Shown here piece after piece: positions 1 to 13,243 of a DNA stretch of 64,000 bases; within the stretch, counting starts at the first letter, position 1, and each line of letters starts with the position of its first letter. The notes under the pieces are model-generated. The model was not told the DNA's origin. It made no database searches and worked only from the letters and a program-made list of their open reading frames with translations. The position numbers were made by a program, and so were the translations under genes. The stretch comes from Chlorokybus atmophyticus (lineage: Eukaryota; Plantae; Mesostigma and Chlorokybus algae). The stretch is from positions 593,053 to 657,052 of the forward strand of contig RHPI01001168.1 of assembly GCA_009103225.1 (NCBI GenBank), read 5' to 3'.

Positions 1-616
1 GCGACGTATGTAAAAATTACGTGATGCCCTCATGCGTGTTGCGCTAATGCACACATCATGTACATATCACATGCTAATTGTGTAGGCTTGATTCAACAAG
101 ATTGCAATTTGTACAAGCATTGCGCCATGTGTTACAGACTTGTGTGCGACAGCAGTCGGACTGCTGATAATGCTGCAGGAGCCAGACGTTGCCTTCACCT
201 GGAGTCCCGTCAGACCGAGTCTGGTGCATCATGTACTGTCTGGTGCGTTATGTACTGACAGTGGAGCACACCAAGTCGAGTGATCAACACTGATTCAACA
301 ATCATCCCGATCGCAGCGACTCTTTCAGCAGAGATACTGCACCTTGCCACGCAATCATTTGGCCGCTTTACCAGTCGGCCTGAGACCGGGGTTTCTAACC
401 GAGATGACAACTGCTCGACCGGGAAACCCTCCCCCGGTCGATCTGCTTTAACCGTGTTGCCCGCAGCTTTTTGCGCCGCTGCGCTTTTCAGCCGGCCGTT
501 CGCGCCTAGCTGGCTGGATCTTAGATCTGACTGCTAACTGACTTTCACCTACCAAGACAAAATTTCACACCGACGGCGGCGTTGGCGTCAGTGGTGTCGT
601 TCGGCGCGTCGGTGTC

Positions 617-3296
617 ATGTGGTGCGTGGCGGCGCCGGCGGTGTGCTCTGCTGCCGCCGGTCCACTGTCGTCGAATGCATGCATCGCTGCTGGCAGTAGC
701 GGAGGTGCTTCGGGCTGTGGTGAGAGGGCGCAAGTAGCTGCAGCAGCGTGGCCCGTCCGCAGTAAGCATGCCTCACTGCTGCTGCGCTGCCGGAAACCTA
801 GCAGTAGCAGCAGCTGTAGGTGGCGGCGAGCAGGCGGTGGTGGTCACCAGCGGCATGCACAGCGTTCCCCCCATCGAGATCGATTTGTAGTCAGCGCTAC
901 GGTTGCTCCCATCAACGCCAATGACGAAGATTCCGCCACCCCAGGCGGCCAATCCAGCACAGCAGCTGTCGCTGCTCCTAGCTTCGACTCTGTCTCAGCA
1001 TTTGCGAGCGCATTCTACCGCTTCTCACGACCCCATACTGTCATAGGCACGGTCAGTGTCTGCTTGCTCTACTCCAGTTGTGGGGCCAGTTGCCCTGTTG
1101 TGCAATGCCTGAGCTTTGCATGTCAATGCATGCAAGCTGTGCCGTGTTTTGTTCATTTTCAGTAAACATAGGCAGTAGTAAAAACTGTGTTTCGACTGCG
1201 CATATCCGCTCAGCACGCTCTTCAGCTTGCCTTGCAAGCATTGTGTCTGGCGATCCTTTGCCAGTTGCTGCCTCACACAACTCGCTGCAGCACCTCTAGT
1301 GTTGTGGCATTGAGCGTGTGAGATTTTTTTAGTCCAAGCGATCCGGGCACACATTGGTTGGATACTGCTACTTGGGATGATCCGTCACTACGACGAATTT
1401 TTGTCTTGTGCGCTGAGACAGTTTTCGCTTGTTTGTTCCCGCAGATCATCAGTATCTGCTCGGTGTCGTTGCTAGCCATAGGACATGTACGGTTTCTGCA
1501 TGCAAGGTCCATACTGGGCTTGTTTCAGGTAGGTTCCTCCAGTAAACCTTGCTGGTGTATCTACACTGCCAGCAACAACGAACATGATGATGATGCCTGG
1601 TGAACAGGCGTTAATCCCTGCGCTCTGCATCAATGTGGCCATCGTGGGCCTCAATCAAGTTTATGACATTGAAATTGATAAGGTGAGGCTTGGGCTCGAA
1701 GGACATCGCCCTTTGCACACGGGCAGTGTGCCCCTCAGTGCACTCATACTCAGGTTACTACTCTGACATGACAGGTTAACAAGCCGTACTTGCCGCTTGC
1801 GTCTGGTGAATTTTCCAAAGAGTTTGGTGCTGCACTCTCATGGGGATTTGCAGCTTTGGTAAGTCAAGCCATCAAACTGTGTGTAGCACACGCATACACC
1901 ACATTTCCGGAACAACTTGCAGAGTTTCAACATGGTTCTTAATGACTCGGCGCAGGGTATTACGTTGGGTCTGCTGGCGCAGTCCCCGGGCCTTACCACC
2001 ACGTTGATCGTCAGCTTGCTGCTTGGAGTTGCTTACTCTATTGATGTAAGTGCAGTTGAATCTTGAACTAACTGGCTGGCACATCTATCAAGTTGATCCT
2101 CGGCACAACAACTCTTTTCAGCATGCTAAGGTCGGTGTTGCATCGCAGTTGCCCTTTCTTCGGTGGAAGCGCTTTCCAGTGCTTGCCGCCAGTTGCATCC
2201 TCTCCGTCCGCGCAGTCCTTGTACAGCTAGGGTTCTTTCACCACATGCGGGTACGTCTTGGAATGCGCTGTAATGTGCGCTGGGGTGAGCAAACATAGTT
2301 GAGGTGACTCTGTCCAGCTGCACCTCACCTATGTTCCCTAGATATGCTATACAGCGACACCTAACCTGTCAAAAATGTCACCAGCATGCACACGTACATA
2401 CTCGATCATCAGACTCAAGCTTATCTCACTTGACAAGTGCCAGTTGACCAAGCGTGTTGCCCTGCATTGTGCATGCTGCAGCAGGCTGCGTGCTTGCTGT
2501 AGTCATGCAGTGACATTTGCAGGTAGGAGTGTTAAGACAAAAATGGGTTGTAGGGAGGCCTCTGGCGTTCGCCACGGCGTTCATGTGCTTCTACTCTGTG
2601 GTGATCGCCCTCTTCAAGGTCAGTCGCTGCTATGCGGCGGACTCATTCAGCACAGTTACGTGACGTTGTTTGCTCTGTTCTGACAAATTGGTGTAGGATA
2701 TCCCCGATGTTGAGGGTGACAGGAAATATGCCATCCGCTCGCTCAGCGTTCAGATAGGAGCAGACAAGGTAAGCAGGCATACCAGTCTAGCACAGCCGGG
2801 TGCCCAAGGGAAATGCCTTGTGGTGCTATTGCTTGCCTAGCGGATCACCAATTTGGTTGCACCACTCAGACAAGATGGCTTGCTTCCAGGTGTTTTGGAT
2901 TTGCGTAGGACTATTATTGGCTGCCTACGGAGCAGCTGTGATTTTTGGCCTGTGTTCGCCACAGCCATGGAGCGCTGGTGTGTTGGTAAGTGGTAGACTC
3001 TCACAATTTGTGCTGGTGTGATATGACCCCATGGCACACTACGCGCAACCATTGGCTTGAATCCATGTTGGGCATGCAGGTCGCTGCACACATAGGATTG
3101 GGTGCACTACTCTGGAGCAGGGCCAAGAAGGTGGATGTCCGTAGCAAAGCTGCACTGACCGACTTCTACATGTTTATCTGGAAGGTATGTACGATGTCAG
3201 GTTGGTACCACACTTTGCGCCAAGTGAGACTGATGCGGGTGTTGGGTGCTGCAGTTGTTTTATGCAGAGTATCTGATCCTCCCATTTGCAAGATGA
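617..3296 (+). CDS. HPT1: Homogentisate phytyltransferase (UbiA family, tocopherol synthesis), multi-exon, probable plastid transit peptide
   Basis: Exons give [27 protein letters not shown]|[50 protein letters not shown] and FYMFIWK|[13 protein letters not shown] (TGA at 3294-3296). The N-terminus is Ala/Ser/Arg-rich. Confidence 0.93.
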
Positions 3297-4860
3297 CGGC
3301 ACCTCTCTCAGATGCTGTGCTCTGTGTATTAATAAGTATGTACAGTGTGGCTGTCATTGGTAGGTTAGTGCAGACAGAAACCATAAGCTCTGCGCTCAAT
3401 GAGCTGTGCTTGCCGCGTTGCTTTGTAAAATAGTGGATATGCTGGTCTGATGCTGCTCCTTCACAGCGGGTCCACGATTTAAGGTGTAAGCACAGCAAAT
3501 AATATACAATTAGTCAGCGACCGTATGTATCCCGGTGATTGATAACCTCGGTTGCCAATGTTGGCAGATGCAATGATAGTATGTGTGCTGTTGATAGCAT
3601 GGTCATATGCACAACATTGCATATTTTGTACTTGCACACCATCACACAGCTGTGGGTTATGCTGTATATTGGTGCCTTCAAGTGGTTGATAGTAATTGTG
3701 TATATAGCTACAGAGCCACAATCCATTGCTCTACAAAGGTGAACGGTGTGGAAGATAAAGTTTTGCATCGAGCCCCTCAACACACCAACATAAGCAAGTT
3801 GCAAGTCTTCAATTCGAAATACAAGGAGTTGCATGATACAATGTTTTTTGTGCACATAATGCATGCTCAAGTCCAGTGACTGCTTAAAAAATTTCTGTTG
3901 CATATGCATAACACGTATACATGTAGACATTATAACCTACCCCATTCAGTCCATGAGGTGAACGTGTGCCTACATCACATCTGTCGTGCATGTAAAGTAC
4001 TGTTGTGATTTGTTGTAGATTTTGTATCAACCGTTGGTGCATTGGTTGTATGCACATATCACAAAGCGCGCAGGTAGATTAAAGAATAAGCAAACACAGT
4101 GGCAAGGGTAACCACAACAGCAAATAAGCAAGCACGAGGAAAGGGCTAGCTCGGGCCACTAACAACTGCAATTCAAACACAACATTTAACACCAACACAA
4201 GCAACTTGAGCATCCTTGTGTTCGAACACAAAGCAGACAAGGGAGGAGGGCACTGGTAGTAACCACAGCTTGCATAATAGCCCACCTGCAATGACAGCGC
4301 CACGTGTTAGCAACTGCTAAGAGCGGGTGGGTTTGTGCATCCTTATAACGTAAACGTGGTAAAAAGGTTGCACGAAATCTCCTTTTGTTCAATTTGATAT
4401 ATAGCTAACAACATACAACTCATATGTTGTTTGGTTTATACACGCATTATATGGTTGTTGACAACAATCTACGATATAATGCAGCTAGCAAGCCCGAGTA
4501 ACGATCATCAATAACACACTACACAACACAATGGTCTCTGCTAATCAAGCACCGTATGAGTATCTATTATACCAATAATCATCATGTTGCTATTGAGTCG
4601 TGAATGAGGATGCATTCGTCATGATGAGTACACAAAGTCGATCCTTTTGCATGGATACCATTGCGGCTCACGCATTTGTATATTATCAACGCAACTTACA
4701 CCATCGTCATCAACAAAGTACATTTGTCAACATTCACGATTGATGTGCAAGCATTGTCGATCATTATGTCCAAACTTTCAAAGGTTCTACTATTGCATCA
4801 TTTACGTCTCAAGTATATATTAGTAGCACTGACCGCAGTGAGCACGGCGGTGTGTTCTCA

Positions 4861-4942
4861 GCAACTTTGGCCGAGTGGTTAAGGCGTGTGCCTGCTAAGT
4901 ACATGGGATCTTCCCGCGAGAGTTCGAATCTCTCAGGTTGCG
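4861..4942 (+). tRNA. tRNA-Ser (GCT)
   Basis: Acceptor stem GCAACTT/AGGTTGC, D arm GCCGAGTGGTTAAGGC, anticodon loop CTGCTAA, long variable arm, T arm GAGAG-TTCGAAT-CTCTC, and TTTT shortly downstream. Confidence 0.95.
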
Positions 4943-5241
4943 GTATTCTTTTCCCTCCCGACTCTTGTGCATCCGTAAGCCGTAGCAAGTACTGCTTGCA
5001 CCACATGTCGGCAGCCGGAGCTGTGGTACAGCGCTTGGTATGCGCAGACAGGTCGTCCATCGCGATTGTGGCTTTATTTTTACATGACTGACTGCTCCAC
5101 ATGCATAGTCAAGCTTACCACCATCGCCTGCGCAATCGCGGCTCTCGCGGCCACAGCAAGCTGGTGCACCACCTTGCTTGCGTTATCATAACTTCAGGCA
5201 GGCTGGCTGTGTGAGAGAGCGTATGTGTGCGTGGGTTGGTG

Positions 5242-8200
5242 ATGGGCGTGGAGGCGCTCTTGCTCGGCGCAGCGAGGGATGGCGTGGCGCCGGCGGTGCT
5301 GTTGAAGGTGCAGAAGCCAGGGAATGGGTTCTCAACTATTGCTGGTAGGCATACTCAGGCTCAGTACCTCTTCAATTGCCCGGAAGCCTTCTCCCGCCTC
5401 GCCCTTGAGCACAAAGTTCGCCCCTCCGCCGCACTCGCCGCAGTGTTCTTTACAGGATTAAACCCGCCGGAAGCGGTGAGCGCTGCCTTGTGTGTCCAGC
5501 AAGTGATCTGTCACACCATTCACACGCTTGATGTCTTGCGCGTTGCTGCGTTACCACGTTGTGTAAATCCTGCATGCATGCACACCAACCAACATGTAAT
5601 TGTAGTGCTGCAGCACTCATTGTCCTAGTTGAATGGATCGTTTGCAGCGAGCACAAAATATCATGTCTGTTGGCGTAGACTGCTCAACGCAGGCAAATGC
5701 ATTCCGACCGAAGGTGTGCGCTCAATTTCAGAGTTCAGCATGTGTTACAAAGAGCTTCAATACCATAAATACAGTGCAGATTAGACCGTGACAATTGCAT
5801 TTGGTCGTGTCAGGGTGGCCTGATTGGGTTGTTGCTGCGACTCAGTCAGGATGGGCATGGCGAAGTTCATCTCATTGGACCGCAAGGGCTGACGGCGCAA
5901 GTGCACGCCGCACAGTGCATCATCCGTTGGCGCTACCCCAAGGCAAGTAACATGTTGCACCATCACTTTCTTTCTATGGTATACTATAGAGTATACTGAA
6001 GTAAGTAAGTAGCTGCGCACAGCCAGTCAGGCATGCATGCTTTGTCCTGTCAGCTGATGGAAAGGCTTCGGCAGGTGATTGTCACGGAATGCACGAACCC
6101 CAATCAACTGGTGTTTGAAGATGCTCACATCAGGGTGTGGGCAGTGCGTAATGCACAGCAATGGGCTGGCTGCCCAATCTGCGCACACCAAGCTGATAAC
6201 CCAGTGCACAGTTTATCCACATCCACATCCACATCCACATCTTCTTCAAGTGAGTGTAGTGAACCCAGCTCCAGTGCAGGCAGCGAAGTTGATCAGCAAG
6301 ACCAGAACACACTTGTAGAGAACGGGAAGCAAGCTGTTGAACAGTCGAGCGACTTTTGCAATCTAGGGAGGACCGCAAAATCTGATGACAGTGGAGGCCC
6401 TGCCAGCAATGCTGATGATCACTTGCTGCAAGTCAAGAATAGAAACCAAAACGGCATACCACCAAACTTCAAGAAAGCAGCGTCACCGGAGTGGGTGGTA
6501 ACGGCAACTTCTGCGAAAGAGGGCATCTTGGCATATGTAGTGGAGGTTTCACACTTCCATAGCAGTGTAGCTTTGGTGCATTCGCGGCATAAGGAGGACT
6601 GGAGCAGGTTATCCTCCCTTCCAGACTCAAGGTCACACACACATACTACCTCTGCTATCTTTCACTTTGGTCCTGCTGATGGAGCCAGTGCAAGGGATAT
6701 GCAAGACAAGGTGTCCGGCAACAAGACTGGCATCAAGCAGGTGAAGGCTTTTTACCTGCTCGTCCTGGTTTGTAGCATCAACTTGTCTAGCGGTCTCCAA
6801 GTTGCTGGTACATCTGCTAAATCAGCTTGCAGGTGTATTTGGGAAACGCTGAATCCTTTCCGTCATTTGGATTCAACACCTCGTTGAAGCTGTTGGCGAA
6901 ACTCAATATTGCAAGCAAGAATGTTTTTCCATGTCCTCTGAGGTTGCAGGCCAATGCGCCGGCGTCTGTTGCTGGAGCAGAAGTGCCTCAACTTCTGTCA
7001 ACCCTTCAGTTGCTTGGCGAGGTGAGTTTGATTGTCAATGTTCGGGTATGCGTCATGCACTCAGACGCACATTGATACACAGTTGGACGACAGTGGCATA
7101 CAGCGTTGCAACAAGCATACACGTACCATGTTGCACTGGCGCCTTATGCGCCAGCGCGCACATGCACATGCTCACATGCACTCGCTGACACACAGACACA
7201 TGCGCCATACGCCCTGGCACCTGCAGAAGCACACGCACGTATGCATGCCCGTGTGGTCCATGCTTCATGCCGCTGTCCAGCCTGTGTGCGCACGTGCGTC
7301 ACAACAGTGTGGGCCGTCGTTGATGCAAAGCCGTATGCAGCCCAGGCCTGATCAGTCACTGCCTTGTGAGCCTGTGGAATGGGCTCAAGTGCAACAGGAG
7401 CTGTTAATGGAACGGCCCGTTCTCCAACAGCAGCTTGCAAAGGGCTTGCATGCAACTGGGCTGGCTTGTGGCAGACCCGCGTGTCCTACACCCCTTTCCG
7501 GCAACCAGCAGGCAGCCGCACAGCTTCGGTCCGTCTTGAGAAAGCGAAACCATTCTTCTATTGCAAGCCATGTGGATACCTGCGTGGATACAGATGACAA
7601 CCCTGAGGAGATTGTGTTTCTTGGAACTGGTTGTGCCGAGCCTAGCCAGTACCGCGGTAGCAGCAGCATCTTGCTCAAGTCCAGGACAAGGTTTTTCTCT
7701 TGCTCTGCTGCTGGTGTGCTTCAACCAGAAGTGCTGGTTCTCATTGCATTCGTTATGACAGCACTCATTGGCACTTTTTGTGTATGTGTCTTGATAGGTA
7801 CATGATGCTGGATGCTGGGGAGGGTGCAGTAGGGCAGTTGGTGCGAATGTATGGCAGCTGTCAAGCGCAGGTAATGTGTGATTCAACTGTGTTAGTTCTG
7901 CTGGCCAGCAACTGACAGAGTTGGCTGGGCAGAACAGGCCATGCTGCAGAAGGTGGTGGCCGTGTGGATATCGCACAAGCATGCTGACCACTGCACCGGG
8001 CTTCCTGGCGTGATTGCTGCGCGCGCTGTTGAGCCCAATCCCATTGTGGTCATAGCGCCACACATTGTGCACGAGTGGCTCAAACAGGTCGGCTTCACGA
8101 TCCTTTGCACAAGAGCACCACAAGCAATCTGTGCAGTCAGCGGGTTACATACATTGTACATTTAACAGATTTTTGTGCGTGTTCCTGCAGGCGTACCCAT

Positions 8201-8965
8201 GGCTGGAAAGTGCTTACTTCTTCATTGACTGCCGCAAGTTTACCTCGCCAACCAGCCTGTTGAGCACCAGCAGTGGATGGTATGGGAGTGAGCAAGAGGA
8301 GGCAGCACTATCCCTCCTACGCAACAGTGGTTTCATCTCAATACACTCTGTCCCAGTGGAACACTGCCCATTCGCGTATGGCCAATTGCTGAAGAGCACT
8401 GCATCTCTGCATACAAGTGAATGTGATTCGATATGATTGATGTCACTGTGAACTGAAGCGGCACTTGCTGCTGTTCAGGTACGGACTCGTGCTGAATAGT
8501 AAGCAGGGCTGGAGTTTGGTGTACTCGGGTGATACGCGACCTTGTCATAGACTGCTGCAAGCGGGGATGAACTGCACTGTGCTGATTCACGAAGCCACTT
8601 TTGAGCCTGACTTGCTCGACCACGCCATTAAGAAGCGTCACAGTACAACTGACGAGGCTTTGCGAGTGGCTGAAAACATGCGCACACAGCACGTGATTCT
8701 TACACACTTCAGTCAACGCTACCCCTATCTGGTTAGCAGTGGGCAGGCAGCAAACCGACCGTTTCTTACAGCCTTTGATGGCATGGTAAGGGCTTCCTCT
8801 CTAGTCCGTTCAACCACTGCATGAATGCTAACAATGGCCATGCACTCACCCGGACTTGGTCTCCTGCAGGTGTTGCCAATTGCTTCGTTGCCAGCTCTTT
8901 ATGGCTTGCTGCCGGTGTTGGCAGCCGTCCTCGCAGACAAGGGAGATGCAGATGCAGAAGATTGA
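5242..8965 (+). CDS. tRNase Z, long form (ELAC2/TRZ-L type), multi-exon
   Basis: N-terminal YLFNCPEAFSRLALEHKV; catalytic half IVFLGTGCAEPS, MLDAGEG, SHKHADH (HxHxDH), VEHCPFAY, YSGDTRP, LIHEATF, RHST, LTHFSQRYP. Confidence 0.9.
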
Positions 8966-9974
8966 TGCTTTGCTATGTGCTATGCTAGAGTTTTTGCGCT
9001 TGAAGAGGTTCGAGGTTACAGATGCATATGGTAGAGTAACGGGGCCATTAGAGTAGCATAGCAACCAGCCACCAGCAAGGCACTCGATTAACGACAGCAA
9101 GCAAGGCTAGACAACAACATCACAAGACATTACAAGGCTAAGCTAGGGGGGGTTGGATCTTATGTGAGTGTGATGCCACAGCAATGCAATGACGGCATGT
9201 AGCGGCGGCAGCAGTGCAGCCACCTACGGAGCACGGCAGAGGGAGAGGTTAGGCCTTGGCCAACCAAGACAACCACTCGACTTGACCATGAGACTAGCCC
9301 TCCATGTGTAGCGCGCTGCTGAACAGTTATTGCTTGCTATGTCATCAGGTTATCGTCAACTAACAACAGATTGGGGCCCTGCGACATTATTCTTGTTAAT
9401 CAATGCTATAACAATGATAATCATGCTCCAAAAAAGCTGTGTACTCCGACGGAGATTCTACATACGAAACAGTTCAACCAAGTCATAAGCATTATACAAG
9501 GGAGATGATTACGTTGAGTCTGGCGCGCATTACATGGATGGCAAGAATGTGCATCGTAAGCACGGGTGCAAAGTATGCATCAAGTTTAGCAACAGTCGTA
9601 GTTGCAAGGTTGTATACATATACATGTCACGGGGTCATAATGATGTTGCATGTGATCGCGCTAATGGTATACCATACCTTGTGATTTATGCTGCCTTAGA
9701 ATGGCCTGTGCAATTGGCTGATCTCACTTGGGTCTTGGAGTCGTAGGCTTTAAGCCCTTTGCAGCTGGCGGCGGCGGGGTATAAGGGACTCCCTACGCGC
9801 AGAGCTCTGGCGGGGCCAGGGTGTTATTGTCGTCGGCATCGTCCTCATCGTCGTCGTGCATGCCGCAGTAGCTCCACAGCCTGAATCTCACCTCTCCTCT
9901 CCTGCGTGCGTGCGTCTGCCTCTGCAGGTTGTTGCCCAACTACGTGCTATGTGCTGCCAGCTGCTTGAGGGTCT

Positions 9975-10115
9975 AGCTCTAGAGTCCTACGTCTTAAAGT
10001 CTTATGTCCTAGAGCTCTGCCTTGGCTCCCATTTCAATCTATGCTTGCAGTGTGTGTTCTTGCTACACAGTTGGTGCACTCTCTTTCGCTGGATTGGAGT
10101 GTGCCTTTAGCAACT
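9975..10115 (+). repeat. Degenerate dispersed repeat, copy 1
   Basis: Shares AGCTNTGCCTTGGC, GGTGCACTCTCTTT and TTAGCAACTCTACCRTTGGTT segments with 11860-12005 and 32628-32830. Ends are approximate. Confidence 0.7.
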
Positions 10116-11430
10116 CTACCGTTGGTTATGCCATCCGCCCTGGACTTTGGTTGAGCCGTTGGTTGTGGCTTCAGTTCACTAAGGCCAATGATTCCCTTGC
10201 CAGGGTCGGCCTGGGGCAGGTCACCCGGTGCCATTGCATTTTGCCTTTGCCGATTGCGTTTACCCAAATGACTTGTGCGTCTTGTTGGGTCTTGGGCCAG
10301 ACAGACTCTGAGCTGGTGTTGCCAAATTTTAACTCCTAGCGTCTAAGCTTATAGCTCGCCATGCAAAGGCAGGACGTATGGATGCAGCACTAGCAACGGA
10401 TTTTACAAGTCAATGCTCACTGGCAACTGCCCATCCTGCCAAAGATTGAAGCTAAGTTTTTATAAGTTGCTCCACAACCAGCATTGCATATTGCGAACAC
10501 TCACAATGTGATCTATGTGATGTTTCAAATAAATGGCAATCGCCGCTGTTTTGTTGAACTTGAAAGATGGAAGCAGCATGCCAGAGCTGCAACTCACCGC
10601 CGCGCTATAGCTGTGGAGAAGGCCATCATGACCTTATCATGATGTTGATTACAGGACTGCATGCTTGCTTGGTGATAGCTGCGGAGCATGTTTTACCTGG
10701 CAGAACTCACCGGGAATGGCAACGTGTAGCCCGGGGGCGGGTATGTGTGTGGATTTAGATGTTGCAATCTCACCAATCACTTAGCTACGATAAAGAACAA
10801 AAACGTTTCATTTGGTCAGGTTCATCTCACAGACATGCACGTATGGCTGTGCGTGAACCTGTTGCATCTGTGCGTAGATATCAATATGTCCCTGGTGGCT
10901 GGCGTGCGTTTATTTATACAGATTGAGAACGCCGTTTGCACCATCTTGCGGATTGCATGCAACGTGGGGTGTCTGTTGCACAATGTAAGCGACGAAATTT
11001 ATGCCGTATGCTGAATACAAAAGAACTCCGGAGTTTAAAGACTCCAGCACAATTGCAGTTGCGCACATGGCAAGTGGATTCGTTGCGGGGGGGTTTTAAG
11101 AGAGCAGTGCAGACAACAATTGCTTATAGACCATGAGCTTGATCAGATTGAAACCAGCACTTGGTGATCAAGTTTGATTTCCCTGGCGCTGTAATGTATT
11201 TCATTAACCTCGCTGCCATCTCGCAGACTCCAGAGCTACTACAACATTTGCCACCATTAGCCAGAGCAGCCGGCTAGCACCCGCCTCACATCCAGTGGAC
11301 GTATAAGGCCACGCTGGGGCAGGTTATTTGTAATCGTTCCAATAATGCATAACATATGTGTTTGCAAGAGCAGATGGCTATGCTGACTTCATAGTGTTGG
11401 TGTGCACGTTACGTCATGCACATGCGTGCA

Positions 11431-11508
11431 GCATTGCAGCATGTGGTGACTTGTGATTGTGTGCAATCAGCATTGCAGCATGTGGTGACTTGTAATTGTG
11501 TGCAATCA
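11431..11508 (+). repeat. Tandem duplication, 2 x 39 bp
   Basis: GCATTGCAGCATGTGGTGACTTGT(G/A)ATTGTGTGCAATCA occurs twice head-to-tail. Confidence 0.9.
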
Positions 11509-11860
11509 GCAGCTTTGCGCAAGCTGCTTGGAGCGGGAGCCAAGTACAGGTTGCCTGCAGTTGTGCGTGTTGTTACTTGCTTGTTTATGCGATTGTGGGT
11601 GCCATATATAATCATGTTAACAGTTACTCAGAGCAATAGGGCTGTGTTGGTTTGATGACACCCTGGGCGAAGGCTGTAGTGCGTGAGGTGCGGGCAACCG
11701 CAGCCGTCATTAGCACCTCTGAGTTGGAACGTCAATGTACAATAAACAATGGGTTTGGCACTAGCATACATCGCATCTAACCGACCTTTGGTATGTGTCC
11801 TACAATGTGCATGTATGTTTATGAAGTTGATACATGCGGTGGCGTTTTTGCTATTTTTGC

Positions 11861-12005
11861 TATAAATTAAGACGGGGGCCAAGGCAAAGCTCGAGGACTC
11901 TGCCCCGTCTTAATTTATACTTGCAATGTATGTTATTGCTACACATGGTTGGTGCACTCTCTTTGCCTGGATTGGGGTGTGCTTTAGCAACTCTACCGTT
12001 GGTTA
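11861..12005 (+). repeat. Degenerate dispersed repeat, copy 2, beginning with a 17-bp perfect inverted repeat
   Basis: TATAAATTAAGACGGGG (11861-11877) and CCCCGTCTTAATTTATA (11903-11919), followed by sequence similar to 10040-10110. Confidence 0.75.
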
Positions 12006-13243
12006 TACAGCGCTTTGAGAGTTGAACTTCCGGTATTCTAATGTGGACTGATGCCTATTGCCTGCCTTCCCCGAAATTGCATTGTCTGAGAGCATATCAG
12101 GTAGAGCTTGATTGCAGGCTATTCAGTGGTAAACGATACTCTTATCACTTGCCAATGGCATTTCATTGGCTGCGTGCGTGCATGAAGTGCTCGCGAAATT
12201 TTGTCCCAATATGATCATTAAATGCAATGCACACCTTGTAATCAAGCATGTCCGGATTACCTTGTCTGTACTTGAACTTCGCGTTACTTGTTATGTAACA
12301 TCTATATTATACACATGAATCATGTAACATAATACAAAAACTGTAATGATCAACATTACTGGGTAGTACATAATATGAGAAAGTCGCTCTTTTTGGGCAC
12401 AACTCATGCCGCACAATATGCAACATGTGGTTGCCAATTATTTATGAAAACGTGTGCAGATATTTCCTACCTTTAACATTTTATATACGTCAATAATAAC
12501 TATATATCAACTTATACTTATAAAAAACAAGTGATATAATGGGTACCGCGATGTATCCTATTACTGTGATACGAACAAATGAAGACCATGCTCATGGTAG
12601 GAAATCGTTGAGAGACGGATTGTTATCATCATTAACGGATTAAACACTAATAGTCCCTTCCATGTACATAAAATCTTACATGTCAAGATTACCGACATTG
12701 AGGCTAACCTAGACTGTCTAGCAAGCGATGAAACCTCGCCAGATGCATGCATCGACGACGACACCTCGCTTCTGTCGGCGTTGTGCAACCATCACGGCAA
12801 GCCTCAAGCGCATGAGGCATTCGCAAGACAGCCTGAATGCTCAAGCCCAAGGCCCAACCCAAGGCGGCGATGTTGTCTGATCCGGGTTTGTGCTGGTAAT
12901 GTGCCCTTGATGTTGGCCACGGCAAGCTGTTGTTGGCGAAAACAGCCTCAACTTTAAGGTAAGCTGCTTGTGTTTTGGGTGTGTTTGGACAGTTCTACAC
13001 ACCTGAAGACAAGACTTTTGCCTTTGCCTGTTGGCAACAAGTTTACAAGACTGAACTTGCATTTCTGCACTCTGCCTGCTGCAGGAGAGGATTGCGCCTG
13101 GTGCATGCTTGCATGGTACACCAATTCAACACTGCGAGCAACTTTGAGTTGCATGCTTGGAGCCCAGCTGGAGCAGGCTAGACTACACTAGTCAGCTGGT
13201 TGTGTATAGTGTGTAACAACTACAGGGAGGGTTTGTCACCATC

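Noticed and set aside
4079-5200. Possible small spliced minus-strand gene divergent from tRNase Z (ATGGTG|GTAAGC near 5115; TTGCAG acceptors near 4170 and 4290)
   Set aside because: No coherent reading frame or recognisable product could be assembled without transcript data.
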